A stretch of 63,829 nt of DNA, filler included, from Vannella sp. (lineage: Eukaryota), in NCBI GenBank assembly GCA_023345925.1. It is 6 parts of 6 records of this genome, joined end to end, with 100 filler letters (N's around TTAATTAATTAA, not from the genome) between each part and the next. Parts side by side here need not be neighbours in the genome. Positions count along the whole stretch, not along the records: positions 1 to 9,962 come from JAJQQN010000711.1; positions 10,063 to 16,399 come from JAJQQN010001288.1; 4 more parts are not named here. The stretch is one strand, 5' to 3'. Each line of letters starts with the position of its first letter. The first letter of the stretch is position 1. Shown one piece after another: positions 1 to 10,264 of this stretch. The translations under genes and the position numbers were made by a program. Below the pieces are notes generated by a model, which saw nothing but the letters and a program-made list of their open reading frames with translations, made no database searches and was not told where the DNA came from.

Positions 1-452
1 TTGGTTTCACAGTCTACACCCGCAAAGCGTGGTGCTGTACGATTCAAATATTCCTTTGCGATTGTACAGTTTCAATCTGAACCACCCCTCTCCTCCTCAA
101 CTGCAAGCCAGGCCTTGCTCTATGATGCATTGTCCTGAGAGCTCCGAACCCTCCAAGGTAAACTAGCCTCTGACCACACTGGCCTCTGTTTCTCCTTCTC
201 TCGTTTTTTAGTCGGGTTTCTTCACGAAGACACGTCTGCGAGATGTTTGTGTGAAAAGGTCTGACACGTCTGCTTGTAAGGGCTGATACAATTGGAGACA
301 CGTCTTTCGGCAGTTGGTTTGATGTACAACGTATCACTCGATTCATGGTGCTCAAACAGATCCAAGAACGATACCAATGGCCTCGAGGAATCAAGTGCAA
401 CGCTTCAGAAGAGGCCTCGCCCCGGTCAAGCGAAAGAATAACTGAATTATGA
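1..452 (+). CDS. 3' end of an unidentified spliced gene (partial)
   Basis: Open frame from base 2 to a GTAAAC donor near 158, then a terminal exon reading ...FGSWFDVQRITRFMVLKQIQERYQW...ITEL* with TGA at 450-452. No family recognised. Confidence 0.3.
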
Positions 453-560
453 TATGTTGTGTTACGTTTGTATTTCTCTTTTTGAATGACCGAGCATCGA
501 CTTGAGAGCTGTTCAATGCCATTTACCTCGCCATCCTCAAAAGATGTTCAATCAACTTGT

Positions 561-3500
561 TTAGTGGAGCAGACTTGTTTTGGAGAGAATCAGAGTGTCA
601 TGGTCAGCAAGCTGAAGGAGAAAGACCTTGCGCAGATTATCCAGTCGAGTGTTGTCAAGGAGAAGCGGTTTTCCTCTGAGGAACTTTTTATCAGCCTCTC
701 CGTTTTCATCCAAATACAATGAATGCCACTCGGTGACCCTGTTTCCACGGAGTAGCAACAAAGTGCAGAGCTTTACCATAAGAAACGCTCCTCCACATGA
801 CTTGGAGTGTTCCGCTAGGGTCGTTAAGTAGTTCTAGCACAGGGTTTAGGTCAGTTATCAGTGGGTAAAGCCTCCGAACTTACAGAGGAAGGCTCAAGGT
901 TTCTATGAGCTGCTCCAACACAGATCAATTGGCCACAAGATAGACACAATGCTGCTTCCGGCATTTTCATATCACATTCTTTGCAGTGCTGTTGGAGAAC
1001 GATCTGGTAGAGGGTCTCGAAGAGAGGAGGGAGAGTTACCAAGGAATAAGGGAGTGGTGAGAAAGTCTTCCAGAAGCGCACTTCCGAATACTCAAGTTGC
1101 GGAAGCCAACAACAAACGAGGCGGTGAGAATCAGGATCAAGCATCATGTCATAAATAGAGACAGGAAGCTGAAATAAGTGACACAGTTGCTGATAATCCT
1201 TGTCAAAGGAGGTAACACCGTGAGTTGTCTGCAAGCCAACCGGAATACTTTGGACTCTCTTTGGTTCTAGTAACGCCGTGAGAATGGCACATCGTCGAAG
1301 GAATGTGATACAATGTTGTTTCAAGTTCAGATGGAATTTGACGGCCTCATTATCTGATCTACCCGCCATAACGTGAATCACTCCCAACACTCTGATTCCA
1401 ACACATCTTTCAACACACGGAAACAAGAGCCGGCGAATTTCTGGAAAGTCCAGGATAATAGAACAGAAGCTTTGCAATGCAGCAACCAGGTAAAGAGATC
1501 GAATGATCTGGGATAGTGACGGAGAATTGAACAGATAACCCTCATTGGTGCAAACCAACGTCAAAAGCAATCTGAATGGATCACATTCCATGATAGGAAT
1601 GACATCACGTGAGTCACCTGGTCCTTCTGGAAGGAATAAACTTTTCACTATGATTCTTGCTACGGAGGAGCGGATGAAGAAATGACAATTGTCAGGACCA
1701 GGCAAGGGAGCGAGAGATAGCTCCAGTAAAAGTTCGTTTTCTTGCATCTCATTGGTTTGAGTCATCAAGCAATCCAACAGTGGAAACGGATGAGATCGGT
1801 ACTGCAACTCTAATGAGCCTATCCGCTCAAAGAGAAGTGTCCAAAGCGGGTGCAAATAGGCGCTTACGGATACTTCTTCATCTTCACCGTAAGATTTTGC
1901 TGAAAGCAGCTTCATGAACTGGAGCTTCGCTTTGCTGATTTCACGGTTTTCTGCGCCTCCCTCTTCTCCACTTTGGTCAGTGCTCTCCGGTTGGCTCAAC
2001 CCTCTGAGGGCGTTAACGTTCGAACTAGTTGGGAGCAGTGGGACGGTGCAATTACAAAGCCGGCGACACGAGGGGCAGAGAAATTCACCAAGAGATGGGA
2101 TGACTAATCCACGTCCTTCAAATAGGTGTCCCATTTGCTCTTGTTGCCTGAGCGTAGCAGTGTACCGAGTAATGCATTCTGTGTGAACATGATGTCCACA
2201 GAAACGAATATCTGGGGTTGCTGCCTTCTCTACATCGAGTAACGCCTTATTCACGACCTCTCCCTCCAGCATAAACGTGAGGATGTCCTTCTCAGTCAAA
2301 AGCTCCATTTCCATCATCTTGATTTGCGTTTCAAAATCCGGTTTCATGTCATTAAACGCTCTAGAAAGGTGACCAGCCTCTGGTAGAACAATCATTCCAT
2401 CTGTTGGTGGTTTCGGTGAGAATTCTGACTCTTTAAGCTCCTCCCTCCTTCGCACATTTGCCAAGAGCGTGGACTTTTGGATTAGCGCAATACTGGCGAT
2501 AGGTTTGTTATCTTCAAGAGATTGAGATACTGTTACAGACTCTCTACAGAGAGAGCAAGAGTAGTGCTGCACTGCTGGATCCCCAGACAAATCCTCTTCA
2601 TAGTCATCTTCGTCATCCATCTCTTCAAGGAACTGCGTCTGAGCAGATTGGAACTTCTTTAGCATTTCCTGCTGGCGTAATTTTGCTTGCTCCTGCAAGG
2701 AAAGTGACGTCACGGCTTTTGCCTTTTCTGGTGAAGCGAGCTTTGAACTGATAATGGCCTTGTTGGCAGCATTCCGCTCTCCAATCTTATCCAGAAGCGT
2801 TTGAACATTAACAGATAGTCCATCTTCTTGCTCTGAAGAGGCTCGTAATTGAATCAATTGGGAAAGGAGACTTCCTCCTGGTAATTGATAATTCTCACCA
2901 AGATTTTGATCCAGATGGGAGAACGGGAACGGTTGGGAACTCGTGAAGCCACCAAATTGAGTCTCAATTGATTCACAAACAGGCGCCCATTCAATTGCCA
3001 TTAGGAGCAGGAAAACAACAGCTCGGAGTGAATCCTCCGTGATGTCTTCGGTTCCACGTTTGAATACAACAATGTAGTAGATATAGAGCATCGATGGGCA
3101 CCACAAGAGCTCCTGGGAGCGACTTAGGATGTCAATTCCGTGATAGTGGCGGGTATGTGGAAGACAACCTTGTTCAGATAACTGCTTCGTTGATTTGAGG
3201 TAGGTTTGATAACGTTCTTGTGCATTTTGGCGATCTTCTAGGGTAAAGCGAGGGAAAAAAGGATCAAAAAACTGCCAACGCTCTTGCTTCAGAGTAAAGC
3301 GTCCCTCTTGAGACACAGAAGCTGACACAAAGTCTGCCACTTCCCGTAAGACTTTTCCAAAAGATGGGAGTTTCGACAAACGTCCACTGACGATCTTTTG
3401 GAGCTTTGAAAAGCCTATGTCCGCAGAAGCAAGGAACTGGGTCAATTCATAACGGAGATGGCTCTCAGGATCTGAGATACTGGCTGCTCGATAAGTCATC

Positions 3501-5837
3501 AGATTGACTAAAAAGACCAGGAATTCATGGACTACTGTCTTGGTAGCCTCCCCTAGCATTGTGATACCTTCCATAATTACCCCTGTGGCAGGCATTAGCA
3601 AGATGTTATGCACTTGAAATCTCTCCATGGCGGTTATGAGGAAGGCGTCAGGTCCGAGGAGAATAACAAGGCTTTGAAGTAATAGGATGTCGTAGTCGTA
3701 GCTATAGTCAGCATAGGGAGACTGGCAATGATACAGATGGATCTGGGAGGAGAGGGAGTTTCCGTTGCGAATCCACATCTTCGCGCTGTGTTGGGCCATC
3801 AATGCTTGAGCTCGAAGAGGATGTTCAATAAGGCTTTCGAAGAACTTTGGGGGCAGGGAATCTCCTATAAATAGCGATTCAATGGGTACCCCAAGATCTG
3901 CCGCAGCGTGGATCATTCCAACGAGGAAGCGGTGAAGAGGATAATGAAGTGACAGAGAGACTTCAGAGAGATTGCTGTCCACTATCCAAGTTTTACGGCC
4001 TCCAGGAAGAGCAATTAGCTTGAATTCAAACGGAGAGCTCGTCGAAAAAAAGTCTACCAGGCGTGTGACAACCATTCCAATTCGATTCTTCGCAAATAAG
4101 AGACCTTCGAGAGGTCTCTCTGTTGCTTTCTTCATCAGTGACTTTCTGAAGGCAGCAAAAATCAAGTCAAATGTCCTGCACAAGTTAGATTCCACAGGGA
4201 ACGCATATTGCCATAGCACGGGCTCCATTTCCACATAGATTCTTTCACGGTGAGATGGATTGATATCCATCAGGAGTGATATCGAGTAAAGCCACTTCTG
4301 AATAAGATCAGGTCGCTCTTCTACAAAGTAGAGGGAGGCGCGCTCTTCCTCCATGAGAGTATAAAAATCAGTCAGATAACTCCAATAATGGGAATGCTGG
4401 ATAGGAGGAAGGTCACAATGAAGTTTCGTCTGATTTGAGGGCACTGCATGAAGGAGAGTCCACATGAGAGTGTCCAAAAGAGTGCCAAGTAAGTCATACG
4501 AGTTTGTGAGAGTCTCTTCAATACACTCTGTTGCGTTCCATAGTTGAGCCGTTATCCTGTTAATAAAGTCGTCCATTATCGCCTTGTCTGTTTGCGATGT
4601 AATCGTATTCATGAAGGGGGCAATGGACGGATAATAACGGATGAAAGCCCGAATGAAGACTTGCCGGAAATGTCTATCGTAGATCAGTTGAAGATAGAAG
4701 TCAATCAGAGGGTCTGCTATGGAAAGGTGGGCGGAAAGACGGCACAATAGAGACTTGGAATTGTATCTGGCAACGTCATTGAATGAGCTTTTCACTCGAT
4801 CAACGAGAGACAGCAGGGACTCTTCCGGGTGGACGAGAATCGTAAATCGACACTTGGGAATGTCGATGCAACATGTGAGAAACTCGTGACCAACAAGGCA
4901 ACGAAGTGAGTCCCCAAGAGAGGCTACCGCTGAAAGGCACGGAATAGCGAGCTGGCAGAAGCCGGAAGTAAGAGAAGAGTCAAGGTTAGTTGGTTCCCAG
5001 GCCTCCCATTCCTCTTCTTCGGCCCGAAGTAGCAAAATGGAGCGTTCCATGAGCAGAATAAGAGTGTGAATCACCCACTGGGCTGCCCCCCCATCCCCAA
5101 GCACATCATCAGCTCGTATTGACTCCAACGGATCATCATTAGAGCGACCAGAATGTCTATTGCAGTTGCCAGTGGGCCGCCAGACCGACTCATTACCACA
5201 ATCACAACAACCCCCAAAGTTAGAAGAGTACACGCTGTAGTCGTGCCCCTTGTGGTCTGCATTCTGGAAGCAGTCATGGCAAATAGAGCTAATACACTCA
5301 GCAACGGATCTCCAGCTGGCTTGGCTTACCTTGACCCGCTTAGGGCGCACGTGGAACAGCGATAAGCGACCTGAGTATGGCCCCAAACTGCGCCACATTG
5401 GCGCTGAAACAGTTTACCCTGAACGATGGTAGGTGAGCATCTACCCGCCATCTCTACAGGGAGGTATTTACCTGATTTCGAAGCTGAGGAACTCTTAAAG
5501 AGGGATCTCCACAAAGTAGAAGGTTCATAGCCCAGTCCAAGACCTCCTTATGCTCAGTACCCGTTTGTATGAGATGAACAAGGATCATAAAAGCTACCCA
5601 AGGCTCCTTCTTCACCGCATCTGCCGCATTTCTCCTCCCCCAAAGCCTCCAGTCCACCGTCTTCGTCCGCTCATACCTTACCAACAGTTCATCGAACCCA
5701 GGAAGCTCACGATATCCTGCTGATAAGCTCCCCTCTTCATAGCTCAAATCATCAAGCACGGTCCGCTCCAAGTGTCCTCCCCAAAACGATCGCAAGACCC
5801 GCCGGACCCGCTCCATCTCGGCAACAATAAATGACAT
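561..5837 (-). CDS. UBR-box/RING E3 ubiquitin ligase (N-recognin, UBR1/2/3/PRT6 family), multi-exon
   Basis: UBR zinc box split over exons (CGAVW..AYRCSTC..CICHDCF..HKGHDY..GGCCDCG..W...GNCNRH). Split RING-H2 (CSLCRE...FCGHHVHTEC...EFLCPSCRR). C-terminal UBR domain (CLSCGQ...EHSKSCGGAFL...SLYLDENGEAD..LRGKPLLL) in the last exon, ending at 561. Confidence 0.93.
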
Positions 5838-5912
5838 CTAAAATACAACCCGCTCAATCCCATTTGAATTTGGGCCCTTGACAAAGGAAGTCGTCGCTGA
5901 TTGGTTCATTTG

Positions 5913-6401
5913 ATGGCCTCTTCCGAGCTTGTGCCATTGCTAAGGTGGATTCTTGGTGGTCTTTGGTGTACTTGCTTTGCGGATAAGATAGGGTCGTGCT
6001 GTGTTCGCTTCGGGAGAATCTATGCTTTCGATGATCAACGTTCGTGCACTCGGCTGCTTGTTTCTCGTCATTCTGACGTTGAGTAGGATGGTGATCTGCT
6101 TTGGATGAGGTAGATACCACATAGGAAGGATGCTTTGTACTCAGTTCAGCGGGGGGACCTCGTTACCTTGCATTCGCCGATCGACTTTCCACCCGTACCC
6201 GTCTTAGAGCGCGTGACTGCCTTGGCAAGGACATTTCTCGTACGAGACTTCTTCTTCTCATGGCTCTACCTTCTCACGAAGGCGCTCTCATCCCCTGGAA
6301 CGAGGGTGGAAGGAGACAACCCTTCGAGAGCGACGCAACTCGGTCCGAGAAGGGAGTGGACATTGTCTTCAGTCTACCTGGTCATTTGTTGGCTGCTGTG
6401 A
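5913..6401 (+). CDS. Probable mitochondrial inner-membrane protease (IMP1/IMP2, peptidase S26)-like protein, spliced; 5' end uncertain
   Basis: Motifs in the expected order across small exons: SGESMLSMIN (cf. GxSMxPT), QRGDLVTLHSP..PVLERVTAL (cf. RGDVVxxxSP..KRVxAL), VEGDN. I could not resolve the first exon. Confidence 0.5.
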
Positions 6402-6408
6402 GCTTGCA

Positions 6409-7932
6409 ATGAGGTGGCTGATTATTCCTTTGGGTGTGGTCAATGTTGCTTTGGGCGCATCTTTCCTGCTGCAACGCCCCGTAGATCATCAGCACCTAAC
6501 AAGGACACATGGAATGAACTTGGATCTGTCACCACCTGCAAAGCTGTTCAATCGCTACGGCTCCTCCTTCTTAGCATCAAAGGGGCGGCACAAAACCTCC
6601 CTTGACGTGTCTTCTCTTGTCTCAGATGAAGAACTGAAGAAAGAAGCGGAGCTCCTCACGAGGACCTGGGCTTCGGCCTCTTCTCCTCTCGCTGGAGCTG
6701 ATCCCAAGCCCTTCCAGCAGAAGGAGAGGAGCTTCTTGCTTCAGTTCTCGCGTGTCTTGGACCATCCTGCGTGCTTCTTCTCTCCTATGGGAAGGGTGAT
6801 CCAAAAGGCCTTCTTCTTGAGTAACTTGACCAACCGCAGGCACATTGTGGACTTTGTAGCTGAACATCCGGAGATACTCGAAGGGAAGGGCGTAGATGCG
6901 GACAACCGCCTCTTAGTAGTCACAGGCATGCATCGTACTGGATCTACTCTCCTTCAGAACCTCCTCAGCTTGGATCCAAACTGCCGAACGACGCTGACTT
7001 GGGAGATGACTAACTCTGTTCCTCCGCCCACCACGTTGGACCAACTACAGAGAGACCCTCGTATCCAACAGATCAACAACGACTTACTGCGAACCAAACA
7101 GGTCTGTACGGACTGGTACCAGAACTTTATGCGAGTTCACGTCTACGCTGCTCACAAGCCTGAAGAGGATGTCCTGGTCTTGTTTGGGAAGCTTTCTATA
7201 TGGTACTACGCATACCTACTCGATGAGATCGACCCCACCCTCATTGACTCCTTGCGAGAGAGATCCAGCTATGTTGTTCGGTACCTTCATCTTTACCTCA
7301 AGATGGCTGATTGGGCCCTCCCTCCTGCTTCTCATTGGGTTATCAAGAACCCTGATCACTCTCAGTACCTCGAGGAGTTCATTAAAGAGTTCCCAGAGGC
7401 GAATGTGATCGTCACTCATCGAGATCCATGCAAGGTGGTTCCTTCCTGGGCCACTTTGATGCTCCATTCCATGCACATTCAACTGTACAACGACTTCTCA
7501 CAGGATCTGCCTCTTGTAAGCCTTCCAGTCTCTCTCATCGGCCCAGAACTCACTTGGGAACAGGTCAATTGCATCCGGGATCCCCAGAAGTGGGCTGAGA
7601 AGTGTCTATCTCAATCGAAGGATGAAGCTAATCGAATGATGGAGTCCAGGAGAGCGCTCAACTCCTCCCAACCAGAGAAAGCTCACAGAATCTTCGATGC
7701 AACCTACTCCCAGCTCGTCAGCGACCCCATCCAACTCATCCGCAACATCTACAAGCACTACAACTACGAGTTCACACCCGAATACCAACAGCGCATCGAA
7801 GAGTACCTCAAACTCAACCCCCAAGGCAAATACGGTCCCAATCCCTACTCATTAGAGTCCTACAACCTCACCAAGGAGCAAGTCGACTCTGCCTTTGCTA
7901 GCTACAAGCAGGAATACGCCCAATTCTTCTAA
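6409..7932 (+). CDS. PAPS-dependent sulfotransferase (Sulfotransfer_3 / mycobacterial Stf-like) with hydrophobic N-terminus
   Basis: 5'-PSB loop VTGMHRTGSTLLQNLL, WVIKNPDH and 3'-PB motif VIVTHRDP. Probable in-frame 48-nt intron 7516-7563 (GTAAGC...CAG). Confidence 0.88.
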   Translation: MRWLIIPLGVVNVALGASFLLQRPVDHQHLTRTHGMNLDLSPPAKLFNRYGSSFLASKGRHKTSLDVSSLVSDEELKKEAELLTRTWASASSPLAGADPKPFQQKERSFLLQFSRVLDHPACFFSPMGRVIQKAFFLSNLTNRRHIVDFVAEHPEILEGKGVDADNRLLVVTGMHRTGSTLLQNLLSLDPNCRTTLTWEMTNSVPPPTTLDQLQRDPRIQQINNDLLRTKQVCTDWYQNFMRVHVYAAHKPEEDVLVLFGKLSIWYYAYLLDEIDPTLIDSLRERSSYVVRYLHLYLKMADWALPPASHWVIKNPDHSQYLEEFIKEFPEANVIVTHRDPCKVVPSWATLMLHSMHIQLYNDFSQDLPLVSLPVSLIGPELTWEQVNCIRDPQKWAEKCLSQSKDEANRMMESRRALNSSQPEKAHRIFDATYSQLVSDPIQLIRNIYKHYNYEFTPEYQQRIEEYLKLNPQGKYGPNPYSLESYNLTKEQVDSAFASYKQEYAQFF

Positions 7933-7978
7933 CCGACCAAAACGCCCGTTTCCTTCCTCATTGGTTCGCGGGAGGTTG

Positions 7979-9366
7979 ATGGAGGCTGCTCGGCAGTCTC
8001 GTAGTCCGATGGTGGGACGTCGTACGAAGCGTGCGGCCTCCACGTCACGAGGGATGGGGTCCGAGGGGGCTTCGGCTGTGCTGGCTCTGGCGGACAGTTG
8101 GACGTTTTACTACGATGAGAGCCCTCCGAAGGGGACGGTGGTCGCTAACTATGATGATCTCATCAAGGTCGTTGGATCTTTCGATACTATACAGGTAGGG
8201 GAGGCTCTGGTTGCTGTCAGGGAGAGACTGATGAAGGGGCAGGGGTTCTGGAGGTATTACAACAACTTTGTGGATCCCTCCTCCTTTCCAAAGGGATCCA
8301 ACTTGCGTATGTTCAAGGGAAACATCAAACCAGCATGGGAGGATCCCAATAATGTTGAAGGAGGGCGTTGGGTAAGAGCTCCTTCCTCTCCTTACTTCCT
8401 ACTCACGCCACGGGCTAGATCACGGCCTGTGATAAGGGCAGTACAGGGAAACTATGGATTTCTATAGTCCTGTCTCTCCTGGGGGGCTACTTCCCTCACA
8501 GCAATGAGATTGTACGTGATTTCTGTCTATGGGCCCATTCCTGATGATCGTGGGTCAGTGTGGAGCAGTGCTATCAGTCAGACAAGATAACGATGCATTC
8601 AGTGTATGGGTTAGACATACAGAGGAGCTCTCCCAATCATGCTACAACGAGAACTTCGAAAGGCTGAACTCTCTTTTGGTCTCCCAGCAGTTCTACTTCC
8701 AACCTCACACTGTGAGAGCCTTCATAGCCTCGAGAAGAATCCCTTCTAACTCATATCCAGAACACAGTGGCCAAGAAGCTGAGTGCACCGCCTTCACCAG
8801 CCACCCCAATCAGAACAACAAGCAGTGGAACGGTCCAGAAGGGACCAAAGCTGCCTCATCCTATCACTCTCACCACTACAGGAGGAAGGAAGAGTCCTCA
8901 AAGGAGATCAAGTGGCCAGGTGGCTCGAGCACGAAGTTCTTCTCTCATTGGATCGTTAGAATCCGCCAAAGAGACCTCTGTAACAGCTAAGCCCATCACC
9001 TTGCTTGCTCCAGAGAGGAAAAACTTGACGCTTTCTGCGGAACACGCTTCACCTGGCCGATTGGCAGTGAGCAAGAAGAGAGTGAAAAGCCGCTCGTTCT
9101 CCTCACAAAATCAGACAAAACAGCTCACTCTGCCATCAGAAGCGGCGGGCCAACCAACAGTGATTCAGTCAAACAAAGAGCCCGTCGGGCCCACTTCTCC
9201 CAAAGACCAATTCCGGAGAAGAGTGAATCCGATTCCGGCACCAAAAGAGTCTCCCGCTCCCTTCTTGGATCCCCAAAGACCCTCTCCTTCTCCTGTATTT
9301 ATCGCCCTTGGACTCTTCCTTAGCCTCTTAGCCGCATTGTATGCCGCCCTAACTCTGATTCATTAA
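7979..9366 (+). CDS. EIF4E: eIF4E-family cap-binding protein with long basic S/P-rich tail and C-terminal transmembrane helix (5 exons; alternative start 8054)
   Basis: Core motifs LADSWTFYY, SFDTIQ|GFWRYY, MFKGNIKPAWEDPNNVEGGRW|I, LWISIVLSLLG, EI|CGAVLSVRQDNDAFSVW. Phase-0 introns 8195-8242, 8372-8418, 8512-8558, 8712-8760. Last exon ends VFIALGLFLSLLAALYAALTLIH*. Confidence 0.88.
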
Positions 9367-9464
9367 TGTGATTCTTTCGATTTTATTATGACGTGATTAT
9401 GGTGATGAGAAATAGTTGGGAATGGCGGGAGAACCGATTGGAAAGGCCATTCTTTCTTTTCCTG

Positions 9465-9701
9465 ATGGATCATGCCATGCTGATTCGCCAACGTTTGGGG
9501 CTGGAGACGGAGGTGAAGACATGCCAGGCCTGTGGGTGTGGGAAATGCTCTGGTTACAAGCCGACAGATGGAGAGGGAGGCGATTGTGCTGTTTGCGCTT
9601 GCCCTGTGGTGGAACATGATCCTGCCTCTCTTGGAGAGGACGAATTCGAACACGAGGACGAAGACTACGTTTCTGAGTTTGGAGGAGGCGAGGATTGGTA
9701 G
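9465..9701 (+). CDS. Small Cys-rich putative zinc-binding protein with acidic tail (78 aa)
   Basis: CQACGCGKCSGY...CAVCACPVVEH followed by EDEFEHEDED. ATG at 9465 with an ATTGG (CCAAT) element just upstream. Confidence 0.6.
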   Translation: MDHAMLIRQRLGLETEVKTCQACGCGKCSGYKPTDGEGGDCAVCACPVVEHDPASLGEDEFEHEDEDYVSEFGGGEDW

Positions 9702-9962
9702 ATGTACCTCCCGCGCAAGTTTGTGCATCAACACACACTCTGCAACCTTCATGGCCAACAGCCTACTCTCATGCCGACCAGCTCTGTGTATTGAGTGTGA
9801 AGCGGTAATGGTGAACATCAAGTATGGTTCCATCACGAAGCTGTTGACACTGCTGGAGGTGGCCAATACACCTCGCCTTTAACTCTTCGTTACTCCGAGC
9901 AGGTTTGCAGCAGGATCAGATAGTCACCATTAGTAGTCCACCAGCCTGCACAGAAAGAGGTG

Positions 9963-10062
9963 NNNNNNNNNNNNNNNNNNNNNNNNNNNNNNNNNNNNNN
10001 NNNNNNTTAATTAATTAANNNNNNNNNNNNNNNNNNNNNNNNNNNNNNNNNNNNNNNNNNNN
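9963..10062. other. Artificial contig linker (N44-TTAATTAATTAA-N44)
   Basis: 100-nt N spacer with stop codons in all six frames, identical at five places in the window. Confidence 0.98.
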
Positions 10063-10264
10063 AGAGCAATGAATGGAAGTGTCCTTAACCTTCACAGCGC
10101 AGATAAAAAATCCGCAAATCTCGCTCAATGAAGCATCATGGGGAGACTCCGACTTTGTCTTCACAGGATTTGCGCCATTTAATCAGGCCACAAGCTTCCT
10201 CGTGCAAGACACTTACTGCAAGTGTTCTGGAAATTGATACATCTTGAAGAAGCTACGCCTTTAA

